This document shows, piece after piece, positions 1 to 9,635 of a stretch of 64,000 nt of DNA. This stretch comes from an uncultured Thermoplasmata archaeon (GTDB lineage: Archaea > Thermoplasmatota > Poseidoniia > MGIII > CG-Epi1): NCBI GenBank assembly GCA_963996465.1, contig CAXEHI010000014.1, forward strand, positions 11,089-75,088, read 5' to 3'. How positions within the stretch are numbered: the first letter of the stretch is position 1; each line of letters opens with the position of its first letter. The notes under the pieces are model-generated. The model saw only the letters and a list, made by a program, of their open reading frames with translations. It was not told the DNA's origin and made no database searches. The position numbers and the translations under genes were made by a program.

Positions 1-727
1 CAGCATCTCTTACTCTCTGTAAAGCTCCCGAATCAGTACTCAAATCTATTCCATTTTCTTTTTTAAATGATTCAACTAGATGGTCAATAATCATTTGATC
101 CATATCTGCTCCACCTAATTTCGTGTCTCCACTTGTCGCTAACACTTCAAAAATATCTTCACCTATATCCATCAAAGTAACATCAAAAGTACCTCCACCT
201 AAATCCAAAACAATAACTTTACTTTCTTCTTTTTTATCCAACCCATATGCCAATGCTGCTGCGGTTGGTTCATTTATAATTCTTTCAACTTCCAAGCCAG
301 CAATTTTTCCAGCATCCTTTGTTGCTTGTCTTTGATTATCATTAAAGTATGCAGGGACTGTAATGACGGCCTTTTTTATTTCTGAACCAAGATAAGCTTC
401 TGCATCACCCTTTATTTTTTGTAGTATGAAGGCTGAAATTTCTTCTGGAGAATATTCATCCTTACCTATCTTTATTCTTTCAGAAGTTCCCATTTTTCTT
501 TTCACATGTATAATCGTTTTATCGGGATTTAAAACAGCTTGATTTTTAGCTGCATTTCCTACCAATCTCTCTCCCTTTTCCGTAAATGCAACAACAGAAG
601 GAAACATTTTCCCTCCAAACATTGATCCTTCTGCTGAAGGTATTATCGCAGGACGCCCTCCTTCGAGATAGGCGGCCTCTGAATTTGTCGTTCCTAAATC
701 TATTCCCAATATATGTTCTTTACTCAT
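1..727 (-). CDS. dnaK: Molecular chaperone DnaK (Hsp70); N-terminal part only, the gene continues beyond the window start
   Basis: The reverse-strand translation starts with ATG at 727-725 and reads [34 protein letters not shown]...[46 protein letters not shown]...[14 protein letters not shown], the canonical Hsp70 ATPase-domain motifs. It is absent from the ORF track because it runs off the window edge. Confidence 0.9.
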   Translation of the reverse strand, partial: MSKEHILGIDLGTTNSEAAYLEGGRPAIIPSAEGSMFGGKMFPSVVAFTEKGERLVGNAAKNQAVLNPDKTIIHVKRKMGTSERIKIGKDEYSPEEISAFILQKIKGDAEAYLGSEIKKAVITVPAYFNDNQRQATKDAGKIAGLEVERIINEPTAAALAYGLDKKEESKVIVLDLGGGTFDVTLMDIGEDIFEVLATSGDTKLGGADMDQMIIDHLVESFKKENGIDLSTDSGALQRVRDA

Positions 728-728
728 T

Positions 729-1250
729 TTATTCTTCTCCTTCTTTTCGTTTTGATACTATAACTTTTGCAGTTCTAAGTACTTCTCCATTTAGAAGATA
801 CCCTTCTCTTACAATCTCAATAATTTTCTCTGTTTCCCATTCATCATTTTCTATCGCACCAACTGCTTCATGTAATTTAGAATCGAATTCCTTTCCTTTT
901 CCTTCTATCTTAATTACACCATGATTTTCCATTACATTTTCAATCTGTTTATTGAGTGTGTTTAATCCTTCTAAAACATCATCAATTCCATTATATTTTG
1001 CATTTTTTGCCGCTTGCATCGAGTCTAAAATATCTAAAAATGGATTAATAATTTCACCCTTTATTCTCATTCTGTCGTGTTCTATATTTTTAGCAACCCT
1101 CTTTCTATAATTATCGAAATCAGCAGCTAAACGAATAAGCTGTTCCTTAACTTCATCAACACTTTCATCCGATTCATTTTCAATTTTTTCATCTACTTTT
1201 TCATCAACTATTTCTGTCTCATTCATGATTACGTTCTCTTCAGTAATCAA
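729..1250 (-). CDS. grpE: Nucleotide exchange factor GrpE
   Basis: 173 aa with an acidic N-terminus and a GrpE-like core ([18 protein letters not shown]...). It sits immediately upstream of dnaK on the same strand, with its stop 1 nt from the dnaK start, giving the classic grpE-dnaK arrangement. Confidence 0.85.
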   Translation of the reverse strand: MITEENVIMNETEIVDEKVDEKIENESDESVDEVKEQLIRLAADFDNYRKRVAKNIEHDRMRIKGEIINPFLDILDSMQAAKNAKYNGIDDVLEGLNTLNKQIENVMENHGVIKIEGKGKEFDSKLHEAVGAIENDEWETEKIIEIVREGYLLNGEVLRTAKVIVSKRKEGEE

Positions 1251-1313
1251 CCTCAGGTTGTTAACTGTCTCTAGCGCGAAGTTACAGTATATATAAAATT
1301 ATCTCAAAATTAC

Positions 1314-1709
1314 TTATTTTAATCCAAATTTTCTTCTCGCTTCTGCCATACGATCCCGATATTCTTTCGGTAATTTATATCGTGCTAATTGCTCAAGTCT
1401 AGTCCAATTTCTTTGAAATTCAGATTTCGATGGCGTATCATATAATTCTTCAAATTCTCTAATATCGCTAATTATTCCGTATAGATAAAATCCAAAAGTC
1501 GCAGTTGAAATTATCCCTATCACTAAAATCCAAATAATGTAATTACCAAACATTTCCGTTATTGTTGTAGGATTCCAAGTTTCATCTGGATAAAATTCTC
1601 CCACAATGCCCAAATAAAATAACGCTGTCGACAAAATAAATCCCAGTGTACAAACATTCTGCATGTTTTCTTGAAGCCATTTAAGAAATTCTTCCTTGTT
1701 TTTCATCAT
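1314..1709 (-). CDS. Hypothetical small membrane protein (2-3 TM helices, basic C-terminal tail)
   Basis: 131-aa ORF with hydrophobic segments (LGFILSTALFYLGIVGEF, IIWILVIGIISTATFGFYLYGII). I recognise no family. Confidence 0.4.
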   Translation of the reverse strand: MMKNKEEFLKWLQENMQNVCTLGFILSTALFYLGIVGEFYPDETWNPTTITEMFGNYIIWILVIGIISTATFGFYLYGIISDIREFEELYDTPSKSEFQRNWTRLEQLARYKLPKEYRDRMAEARRKFGLK

Positions 1710-1791
1710 TTTTACACCACTACGGCTATGTAAAAAGATTACTGATTAATCCAAACGGTATCTTTTTGAGCATTGTTTACACAGGGGGATT

Positions 1792-2985
1792 ATGAAACTC
1801 GCCGATAGGATGGATTGTTTAGGTACAGAAACGGCCTTCGCTGTTTCAGCCGAAGCTTCCAATTTAGAGGCCAAAGGTGTCAAAATATATCCCTTTCATT
1901 TAGGAGATATAAATTTAGAAACACCCAAGACTATCCGTTCTGCAGCTCTCGAAGCAATCGAATCCGGTAAGACGGGTTATTGTCCAGCACCAGGTATAAT
2001 TGAATTAAGGAAGGCATTAGCAGAAGATGTAAGCAATTCTCGCAATGTAAAATATACTTCAAATAACGTTTCAGTTCAATCAGGAGGTAAGCCGGTAATT
2101 AGTAAATTTATAATGTCTAAAATGAATCCAGGGGATAGGGTTCTTTATCCAAATCCAGGATATCCTATTTATGAATCTCAAATAGAATTTCATGGCGGTA
2201 TAGCGCATCCTTATGGGTATCTAGATACTGATGATGGTTTAGTCTTGGACTTCGATTCCATAGAACAAGGAATCAAAGAAGGTGCCAAAATAATATTTTA
2301 CAATAATTACAACAACCCTACCGGGGCTTCTTCATCTATTTCCGAAATGAAAAAATTAGCAGCTCTTTGCATATCTAACGATTTATTTCTTTTTTCCGAT
2401 GAAGCCTATTTTGATACTCTTTTCGAAGGAGAATCGCATTCCATTGTGTCTATGCCAAACATGCGTGAGCGTTCTTTAATTTTATACACCTTTTCGAAGA
2501 AATTTGCAATGACTGGTTGGAGATTGGGTGCAGCCATAGGTCCAAGCGATATTATCGATGAAATTTCACGTCTAAATGTAAATGATGAATCTTGCACAAC
2601 ACATTTCATACAACATGCAGGCGTAGCAGGTCTCAAAGATTCACAAGATGAAGTTAAGAAAATAATTCGAATTTTAAAGGAGAGGCGCGATTTGGCGATT
2701 TCTATACTAAAAACAATAGAAGGTATAGAGGTTCACACGCCGGTTGCTGGATTTTATCTCTTTCCTAAAATAACCGAAGCTATGAAAAATCGAGGTTTCA
2801 ATGATTTAGAAGAATTTAGAAAAACCGCTCTCAAAGAAACTGGAGTAAGTTTCTGCGGTCGTCATCATTTTGGAAAACCTCTTGATAATGAAAATGAACA
2901 TTACATCCGTTTAGCGTTCAGTGGCATTTCCAAATCACACTTAGAGGAGGGTCTACTTCGTTTCAAGGATTGGATCGATCATTAG
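1792..2985 (+). CDS. PLP-dependent class I/II aminotransferase (aspartate/aromatic aminotransferase-like)
   Basis: 397 aa. The SKKFAMTGWRLG motif carries the PLP-lysine context of AAT-family enzymes, and the protein ends with the ...YIRLAF... tail. A GGGGG Shine-Dalgarno-like run lies 7 nt upstream of the ATG. Confidence 0.8.
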   Translation: MKLADRMDCLGTETAFAVSAEASNLEAKGVKIYPFHLGDINLETPKTIRSAALEAIESGKTGYCPAPGIIELRKALAEDVSNSRNVKYTSNNVSVQSGGKPVISKFIMSKMNPGDRVLYPNPGYPIYESQIEFHGGIAHPYGYLDTDDGLVLDFDSIEQGIKEGAKIIFYNNYNNPTGASSSISEMKKLAALCISNDLFLFSDEAYFDTLFEGESHSIVSMPNMRERSLILYTFSKKFAMTGWRLGAAIGPSDIIDEISRLNVNDESCTTHFIQHAGVAGLKDSQDEVKKIIRILKERRDLAISILKTIEGIEVHTPVAGFYLFPKITEAMKNRGFNDLEEFRKTALKETGVSFCGRHHFGKPLDNENEHYIRLAFSGISKSHLEEGLLRFKDWIDH

Positions 2986-2992
2986 TTTTAGA

Positions 2993-3481
2993 TTACCAAG
3001 TGTCCAGTTTCCACGTCAGTTTATCTCCGTCATCAAGATAAGTGCTTGATGTACCTGCCTCAGCATACATTTCATTGACATACAATGCCCAATAGCTCCC
3101 ACTAGTTTCATTTACATTAGTTTTACTTTCAATCCCATCTATCGATTCCATCATTTCTCCAAGACCTGAATAATATGTAGATGTATATCTTATATCATAT
3201 TCAGCAGAGAATAATGTCCATATCCACCAAGAATTAGTATAATGTGTAGTATAATTGGCACTAAACATCCACGTATCATTTACATATTCAAGATCCAAAT
3301 TTCCCGAAGTTTCATATATCTCTTCAGTAAATTCTAAAGAACCGAAGTCAATTTCTACAACAATGGTTATCTCTTCTTCCTGATACCCCTTATCAAACTT
3401 TTCATCCCATGTTGCAAATGTGTGTATTATAATCAAATTCATTACAATAATAACTACCAGACCACGTTTCGAATCTTCCAT
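2993..3481 (-). CDS. Hypothetical secreted acidic protein (N-terminal signal/anchor)
   Basis: 162 aa with a hydrophobic N-terminus (LVVIIVMNLIIIHTFA) followed by a D/E/Y/T/W-rich region. No recognisable family. Confidence 0.35.
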   Translation of the reverse strand: MEDSKRGLVVIIVMNLIIIHTFATWDEKFDKGYQEEEITIVVEIDFGSLEFTEEIYETSGNLDLEYVNDTWMFSANYTTHYTNSWWIWTLFSAEYDIRYTSTYYSGLGEMMESIDGIESKTNVNETSGSYWALYVNEMYAEAGTSSTYLDDGDKLTWKLDTW

Positions 3482-3525
3482 AGTTTATCTACATTATCAA
3501 CGGTATTTATATCTGAAACTCTGGT

Positions 3526-4227
3526 CTATGAAAATCTAATTATTTTCAATAATTTTTCTGCTTTTTTATTATTATCAAGATACATCAGTATCGCTGCCAA
3601 AAACCATCCCGTTCCACTAATCATTACAAAAGTTTGATCAAAACCAACTAGAAATTGAGGTACTAATACTACAAATCCAATACCAACTAGTAATCCAGAT
3701 ATCCACGCAAAAAGAACTGAACTCTCTCTCATCTGTTTAATAAATAAATACAAATAAAATTGACTAAATGAATAAACCACCACCACTGCAGTTATCAACA
3801 TTTCAGTAACGCCTATCAATTCATTTCCACCTTCACCAATTTGCGTAGTTGCAACAGTAAATGCCCCTATCAAAACTGAAATACCAACGGCCATATTATT
3901 TCTAGTCGTTGTATTTTTATCAAGCTTAATTATTCGTTTTCTTACTATCTTAATTAAATATATTGGAGATATAAGTCTAAATATCAATGTAAATATCGCT
4001 GCTGGCCATAATAATTCCGGCTTACTTTCAGCTAGATGAACTGTCCATATAGATATGAAAAAAGCAGTACACAATACTACGACTACTGCTGCAAGGAACC
4101 AATCACTCGAATTCTGTTTTAACGACTTTTCTATAGACCATATAAACATCGGATATGATAAAATCACCAATCCTAGAAAAAGAACTAAAAGTGAAATTTT
4201 TTGTAGCTCAGAAAGTAGTTCTATCAC
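3526..4227 (-). CDS. Hypothetical polytopic membrane protein
   Basis: 233 aa with about 6-7 predicted TM helices. No recognisable family. Confidence 0.4.
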   Translation of the reverse strand: MIELLSELQKISLLVLFLGLVILSYPMFIWSIEKSLKQNSSDWFLAAVVVVLCTAFFISIWTVHLAESKPELLWPAAIFTLIFRLISPIYLIKIVRKRIIKLDKNTTTRNNMAVGISVLIGAFTVATTQIGEGGNELIGVTEMLITAVVVVYSFSQFYLYLFIKQMRESSVLFAWISGLLVGIGFVVLVPQFLVGFDQTFVMISGTGWFLAAILMYLDNNKKAEKLLKIIRFS

Positions 4228-4300
4228 ATATACTCATCAAGAAGGTCTCTTTTTATCTTTAAGTGGGCAAAGGTATTCAACCTACATTCATTGACAATAT

Positions 4301-5161
4301 ATGGTTGAAGGTAAAACTTGTCTAATAACGGGTGCATCAGACGGGATAGGAAAAGAAACCGCTCTTTCTTTGGCCAAACAAGGTGCCAAAGTAATCATAG
4401 TAGGTAGAAATCAAAAGAAGTGCGAAAATGTAGTTTCTGAAATAATTCAATTAACACAAAATAATCAGATTGAATTTCTTTTAGCAGATCTCTCTTTAAT
4501 GAGGGAAGTAAATAGTTTAGCTGAAAGAATTATGTACGGCTATAGGCATCTGGATATTCTCATTAACAACGTAGGTGCATTTTTTCGTAAAAGGGAATTA
4601 ACAGAAGAAGGTCTAGAACGAACTTTTGCATTAAATCACTTAAGTTATTTCCTTTTGACTCATAAGTTATTGCCGCTTTTAGAACATAGTTCTTCTGCTC
4701 GAATTGTAAATGTCGCTTCTATTGCTCATATACGTACTGATATGGATTTTGATAATTTGAACGGAGAGAAGAATTGGTCTTGGTTTGGGGGTGGCTGGAA
4801 TGCATACTGTTGTTCTAAATTAGCAAATATTATGTTTACTTATAATCTTTCTAAAAAATTAGAAGGAAAGCAAATTACAGCAAATTGCCTCCATCCAGGA
4901 TTCGTCGCTTCTAAATTTGGAGATAACAATGGTCTATTTTCTCGGTCTATTATCAAAACAGCTAAATTTTTCGGAGCTATAGGTGTAAAGAAAGGCTCCG
5001 AAACTAGTACCTATCTAGCTTCTTCTGATGAAGTAGAAGGGGTATCTGGCAAGTATTTTGCCTCATGTTCATTACAAAAAAGCTCAAAACAATCTCATAT
5101 TGAAAAAGATATTGAAAAACTATGGTCTATAAGTGAAGATTTCACATCTGAATATCTTTGA
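4301..5161 (+). CDS. Short-chain dehydrogenase/reductase (retinol-dehydrogenase-like SDR)
   Basis: N-terminal TGASDGIGKETA Rossmann motif and SDR-like length (286 aa). It is convergent with the next gene with a 0-nt spacer. Confidence 0.8.
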   Translation: MVEGKTCLITGASDGIGKETALSLAKQGAKVIIVGRNQKKCENVVSEIIQLTQNNQIEFLLADLSLMREVNSLAERIMYGYRHLDILINNVGAFFRKRELTEEGLERTFALNHLSYFLLTHKLLPLLEHSSSARIVNVASIAHIRTDMDFDNLNGEKNWSWFGGGWNAYCCSKLANIMFTYNLSKKLEGKQITANCLHPGFVASKFGDNNGLFSRSIIKTAKFFGAIGVKKGSETSTYLASSDEVEGVSGKYFASCSLQKSSKQSHIEKDIEKLWSISEDFTSEYL

Positions 5162-5971
5162 TTAAGTAAAAGATCTAAGGAGAACTGCTGCCATAATAAT
5201 AGTCATAATAATCATCAAAATTTCCCCTATTGCAGCAGCACCATCCTCATTTTCAATATAATGGGTATACCGTTCTTCTTTCATTTTTTGAATAGCTTCT
5301 TTTTCTATATCTGAATCATATCTAAACACCGGATTTGGACTTTCCCCCTGTGGTTTTCTTTTTCTATCCATTTCTCCTTTTGAATACGATTCTATAGCTT
5401 CTTTCATTAGTGTCGCCGCCGTAATCAATGTTTTGTAACAAGCATCTTGATACGTTTCTCCTCTTTTAATATCAATTTTACGTTTCCCCACTAAATCTCC
5501 TGCGTCTATTTCAGATGAACAAAAATGACAGCTACTTCCTATTGGAATGTCATGATATATGCTCCATGCAGGTGATGCCGAACCACGACATTCAGGTAAC
5601 AATCCTGGATGGGAATTAAGCACACCATCTCTTTTTTCTCCATATTCTAAAATCTCCCCTCTAATGATACGTGTGCCTCCAAATACAATCATTCGAGGTG
5701 AAACCCTTTCAATATGTTTCATACAATGTTCATCATTATGAATGGGTACTGTTTCTAGAGGTATATTGTTCTCCTTTGCTTGAATAGAAATCATTTTTCC
5801 AATCTCATTATTTCCAATACGGAATTCAAATTTCTTTCTTTCAGTTTCACCCACTTCTGAATCTTCTTCTATTATGAGTGCCGGTTTGAATCCAGCACCA
5901 ATAAGTTGAGATAGCATCTCTCTTCCCCATGGATGCTCCTTGATTGCCATGAATATAAAATGAGGTTTCAT
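5162..5971 (-). CDS. Formyltransferase-family protein (Fmt/PurN-like formyl_trans_N domain)
   Basis: The HPGLLPECRGSASPAWSI motif matches the formyltransferase SLLP..RG active-site signature. At 269 aa it has only the N-domain-sized fold. It is the last gene of the 9-gene operon, with a 4-nt overlap with the upstream gene. Confidence 0.65.
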   Translation of the reverse strand: MKPHFIFMAIKEHPWGREMLSQLIGAGFKPALIIEEDSEVGETERKKFEFRIGNNEIGKMISIQAKENNIPLETVPIHNDEHCMKHIERVSPRMIVFGGTRIIRGEILEYGEKRDGVLNSHPGLLPECRGSASPAWSIYHDIPIGSSCHFCSSEIDAGDLVGKRKIDIKRGETYQDACYKTLITAATLMKEAIESYSKGEMDRKRKPQGESPNPVFRYDSDIEKEAIQKMKEERYTHYIENEDGAAAIGEILMIIMTIIMAAVLLRSFT

Positions 5972-6339
5972 TTATGAGCTACCACTTTAAATTCTACAAC
6001 AATAGGTGTCGGAAGTGCGCCTACTTCAATAGTCGTGCGCGTAACTTCATATCCTTCAATATAGTCTCCATATATTTCATTGAATTTTTTAAAATCCTCT
6101 TCCATATTTGTCAAAAATACCATTATATCTACTACATTTTTCATTTCTAAGTTACACGCTTCTAACACAGCATTAACATTTCTAAACACAGCATGAGTTT
6201 GTTCTTCTATTCCTTTCGGTATCTTATCTGTTTCTGGATCTCTAGGTCCTATTCCGGATAAAAATACAAAACCACCCACTTCCTTTGCATGAACGTATGC
6301 TCCAATAGGTTTTGCAGATTTTTTTGTGTTAATCGCCAT
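5968..6339 (-). CDS. RidA/YjgF/L-PSP family protein (2-aminomuconate-deaminase-like enamine/imine deaminase)
   Basis: 123 aa with YjgF-family size and pattern (KPIGAYVHAKEVGGFVFLSGIGPRD...). It is translationally coupled inside the dioxygenase/ALDH operon. Confidence 0.75.
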   Translation of the reverse strand: MAINTKKSAKPIGAYVHAKEVGGFVFLSGIGPRDPETDKIPKGIEEQTHAVFRNVNAVLEACNLEMKNVVDIMVFLTNMEEDFKKFNEIYGDYIEGYEVTRTTIEVGALPTPIVVEFKVVAHK

Positions 6340-7288
6340 CAGTTCCTTCCATCGTTCCCATTTCTACTTGCCGATATAAATCAAGCACTTCTAAATCCCC
6401 TTCATAAACTTCAGGATCCTCTTCATCATATTCTAAATCGCCAGTTCCTTTTTCGACAGGGGTCAATGAAACCACAGCACCTCCAGTTCCCATTATTGGC
6501 TCATAAGCATGTATTTTTCCAGAATAAAGATTAGTTTGTCCCATAATTGCAGAAAGCCACCAAAATGGTTTGAAACTTACAACTTTAGGTACTCTCGCTT
6601 CTTGATGAAATTGGCGCGATAGTTGAGATACATCTTCTAGCCTCCCCTTTTCTAAATATTCTAAAAATTTTCTATTCCATTCATCATCTTTAGAAGAATG
6701 TATTTTATCATCTTCTGCATTCATGGGTGACGTAATCAATCTATTAGAAAGACTACCCACTACAACTGCAACAGCCTTTCTATTTCGTTCTTCAACTGCA
6801 TCTCTCAAAGCTTTACCCAGTACTACAGTTTCTGTTCTATTCGCATAAACATTGCTACTCACTATTATTGCTGGAATTGAATTATCTGGATTTAAGAGTT
6901 TCAAAGCAACTACAGAACCGGTATCTATAGGGAATCCTTCATAAGCTACAGTACGAGTATGAAGTCCTCTTTCTTCACATTTATCTTTGGTATAATTTGC
7001 AAATTCTGCATCTATTTTGAATTTATACGGCATACTTCCTAATTCATGAAATTCTTCATCAACATGCGTCCATTCTGGATTCGGCATTGCCTGTATTTGA
7101 TGCCCTAATACAGAAGGCCAATATGTACTATAAATTATCAATAAATCCGCATCACTTTCTTCTATCTCCTTTTTACCAATTTCAAAACCATCTCTAATAT
7201 TATTCCACCCTTTATTTTTTTCTGGACAAAGTAATGGATGAGGTAATCCAGGCACTATCATTCCTAATTTGATTATATCATTTCTCAT
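6329..7288 (-). CDS. LigB-type (class III) extradiol ring-cleavage dioxygenase, AmnB-like catalytic subunit
   Basis: 319 aa. MIVPGLPHPLL...LLIIYSTYWPSVL...YEGFPIDTGSVVA...AVAVVVGSLSN...DDEWNRKFLE resembles the 2-aminophenol-1,6-dioxygenase beta subunit and the LigB family. It overlaps the upstream paralog by 4 nt. Confidence 0.7.
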   Translation of the reverse strand: MRNDIIKLGMIVPGLPHPLLCPEKNKGWNNIRDGFEIGKKEIEESDADLLIIYSTYWPSVLGHQIQAMPNPEWTHVDEEFHELGSMPYKFKIDAEFANYTKDKCEERGLHTRTVAYEGFPIDTGSVVALKLLNPDNSIPAIIVSSNVYANRTETVVLGKALRDAVEERNRKAVAVVVGSLSNRLITSPMNAEDDKIHSSKDDEWNRKFLEYLEKGRLEDVSQLSRQFHQEARVPKVVSFKPFWWLSAIMGQTNLYSGKIHAYEPIMGTGGAVVSLTPVEKGTGDLEYDEEDPEVYEGDLEVLDLYRQVEMGTMEGTDGD

Positions 7289-8181
7289 TTTTCACCTCTT
7301 TCAGAATCCCATCCAATAATTGCATTTCCAGTTCCTATCACACTTCCATATGCATGGATTTTCGCTTCGTATTCTGGAAAATCAAGTGCACTGATTAACC
7401 AAGTTAAACTTCCTGCATCAGTCTCTGCCATTGTTTGTTCTGTAAAGTCTGGCATGATGTCTATCAATTCTCTATTTTTTCCTTTTAACATTAAATTAAT
7501 TATTTTCATATCCCAGATGTATTGATTATGATTCGTTACATGCTCTTTACTCATATCTTCAGGCAATTCAGGTTCTATTGTGAAATGTCTATGAGATAAA
7601 GAATTCGATGAAAGCAACAGTGCACGTTTGCCACTTTTTTCTATTGCTCTTCTAGTTGCTTTACCAAGTTTCAACATATTGGTCTGCATCACTTCATTTG
7701 AAAAATAGCTCGATGCACGGTTAGATGAAATCACAACTATAGGCTTGTCCCATTCTGGTCTAGTTAGGTGGCAACTAGTAATTGTTCCATAATCAATTCT
7801 AAAATCCGAATTTTCCATCATTTTAACATGTAATCCATCTTTCTCTGCCATATCATGTATTTCACGAGACAATTTTACATCAACATTCAAATCATAATCA
7901 TATCGAAAAAGATTAGGGAAAACAGGATCAACCGATTTAGATTTGAATTTTTCAACACCTAAAAAATGAGTTCCAATAAATGTTTGCCAATGTGGTGTAT
8001 GTATTACTATAACATCAAAATCTTTATCTATCATACTTTCACGCAATCGTTCATAACCCCATCTTAATTCTTCCCAACCACCTTCAGATGTAGGCTCATT
8101 TTGTGAAGGATTTTCTGCATATACTAAATGAGGTGGATGGGGTGCCAATGCTCCCATAACAATTTTTCCTTTTTCACTCAT
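7285..8181 (-). CDS. LigB-type extradiol dioxygenase paralog (AmnA-like second subunit)
   Basis: 298-aa divergent paralog of the adjacent LigB-type gene (GALAPHPPHLVY...VIVIHTPHW...). The adjacent-paralog arrangement is typical of heteromeric AmnAB/LigAB-type enzymes. Confidence 0.65.
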   Translation of the reverse strand: MSEKGKIVMGALAPHPPHLVYAENPSQNEPTSEGGWEELRWGYERLRESMIDKDFDVIVIHTPHWQTFIGTHFLGVEKFKSKSVDPVFPNLFRYDYDLNVDVKLSREIHDMAEKDGLHVKMMENSDFRIDYGTITSCHLTRPEWDKPIVVISSNRASSYFSNEVMQTNMLKLGKATRRAIEKSGKRALLLSSNSLSHRHFTIEPELPEDMSKEHVTNHNQYIWDMKIINLMLKGKNRELIDIMPDFTEQTMAETDAGSLTWLISALDFPEYEAKIHAYGSVIGTGNAIIGWDSERGEK

Positions 8182-9635
8182 TTTTCTTCACCCATTTCAA
8201 TACAGACATTTCGTAATTCCGAAAAGAAGTCTAAAGAGTATCTGCCACCTTCTCTTCCTACACCAGAGTCCTTCATTCCGCCAAACGGCACCCTCAAATC
8301 TCTTAGAAGCCAAGTATTTACCCAAACCATTCCCGATTCCAGATTTGCACTTATTCTATGTGCACGAGACAAGTCACTCGTCCAAACACTAGCAGCCAAT
8401 CCATAGTTAACGGAATTAGATATTGTAACAGCCTCCTCTTCTGATTCAAATGGATGAATAGTGGCCACAGGTCCAAATATTTCTTCTGTTGCCGTACGAC
8501 AATTAGGCGATAAACCAGAAATGATTGTAGGTTCTAAAAATGCACCATTGTTCCAAGGATTTTCCAATTTCGGCCGTTTACCTCCACACTCAACACGTCC
8601 CCCTTCTTCAATTCCCAATCTTATGTATTCTTCAACTTTATCACGATGTTCATGAGATATAACTGCCCCTAAGTCTACATTTTTATCAGAAGGATTTCCA
8701 ATTTTCATTTTCTTTGTAGTTTTTACCAATTCCTCTAAAAATCGGTCGTGAATTGTTTGTTCTACTAATATTCTAGAGCCACATAAACACACCTGTCCTT
8801 GATTCGTAAACGCCGCCTTTACTGCTCCATTTACTGCTTTCTTTATATCTGCATCAGCAAAAACTATCGTTGGATTTTTTCCACCCAATTCCAATGATAT
8901 CTTTTTAAAAGTCGAAGAAGCGGCCTCAGAAACTTTCGCTCCGGCATTCGTGGAGCCAGTAAATGATACGGCAGATACATCCCGATGTAAAGATAGCGGT
9001 TTACCCACTTTAGATCCAGAACCATGTACTAAATTAAAAACGCCGTTTGGCAGTCCAGCTTCATTCATTATTTCCGTTAATGCCGAAGCTGTTAACGGAG
9101 TCATAGAGCTCGGCTTTGCTACAATTGTATTTCCCATAACTAATGCAGGGGCGGTTTTCCATGATAGTAAATATATCGGTAAATTCCAAGGAGTTATTAA
9201 CGCAACAACTCCTAAAGGTTTTCTTAAAGTATAATTTATGGCATTCTTCATTTTATGAAATCCCAATTCATCATGACGAGCTGCACCTGCAAAAAAGCGG
9301 AAGTTAGCAATAGCTCGTGTAATGTCTGTTTCGAAAGCCAATCTAATTGGTTTACCCGTGTCTAATGATTCTAATTCAGCTAATTGTTGTTTTCTACTTT
9401 CTATAATATTCGCAATTTTTTCTAGAATATTTGCACGTTCATCTACACTTTTAGCACTCCATTCAGGCAAAGCATTCTTTGCCGCATATACTGCAGCATC
9501 CACATCTGATTTATCGCCAAGAGGTACTTTAGAAATTATATCGCCCGTAGCTGGATTTCTATTTTTCTTATATCTACCAGATACTGGGGTATGGAATTTT
9601 CCATTTATGTATTGTTTAAGCTCCATTACTTTCAT
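8178..9635 (-). CDS. NAD(P)-dependent aldehyde dehydrogenase (2-aminomuconic/hydroxymuconic semialdehyde dehydrogenase-like)
   Basis: 485 aa with ALDH hallmarks (ELGGKNP, catalytic cysteine in QGQVCLCGSRILV, EEIFGPV). It is translationally coupled to the dioxygenase genes. Confidence 0.85.
   Translation of the reverse strand: MKVMELKQYINGKFHTPVSGRYKKNRNPATGDIISKVPLGDKSDVDAAVYAAKNALPEWSAKSVDERANILEKIANIIESRKQQLAELESLDTGKPIRLAFETDITRAIANFRFFAGAARHDELGFHKMKNAINYTLRKPLGVVALITPWNLPIYLLSWKTAPALVMGNTIVAKPSSMTPLTASALTEIMNEAGLPNGVFNLVHGSGSKVGKPLSLHRDVSAVSFTGSTNAGAKVSEAASSTFKKISLELGGKNPTIVFADADIKKAVNGAVKAAFTNQGQVCLCGSRILVEQTIHDRFLEELVKTTKKMKIGNPSDKNVDLGAVISHEHRDKVEEYIRLGIEEGGRVECGGKRPKLENPWNNGAFLEPTIISGLSPNCRTATEEIFGPVATIHPFESEEEAVTISNSVNYGLAASVWTSDLSRAHRISANLESGMVWVNTWLLRDLRVPFGGMKDSGVGREGGRYSLDFFSELRNVCIEMGEEK

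Noticed and set aside
2406-2636. Antisense ORFs inside confident genes (e.g. 2406-2636, 5559-5741, 8950-9234, 9322-9657, 11423-12398, 16178-16384, 19867-20566, 22272-23357, 33256-34233, 37046-37649, 38133-38447, 46010-47678, 50385-50637, 50994-51553, 54345-55164)
   Set aside because: Each is fully embedded antisense or out of frame in a gene with clear family-level evidence, and none has a recognisable domain. I treat them as non-coding.
4055-4294. 79-aa plus-strand ORF overlapping the 3526-4227 membrane-protein gene and the spacer
   Set aside because: Mostly antisense to a hydrophobic membrane-protein gene, with no motif. Spurious.
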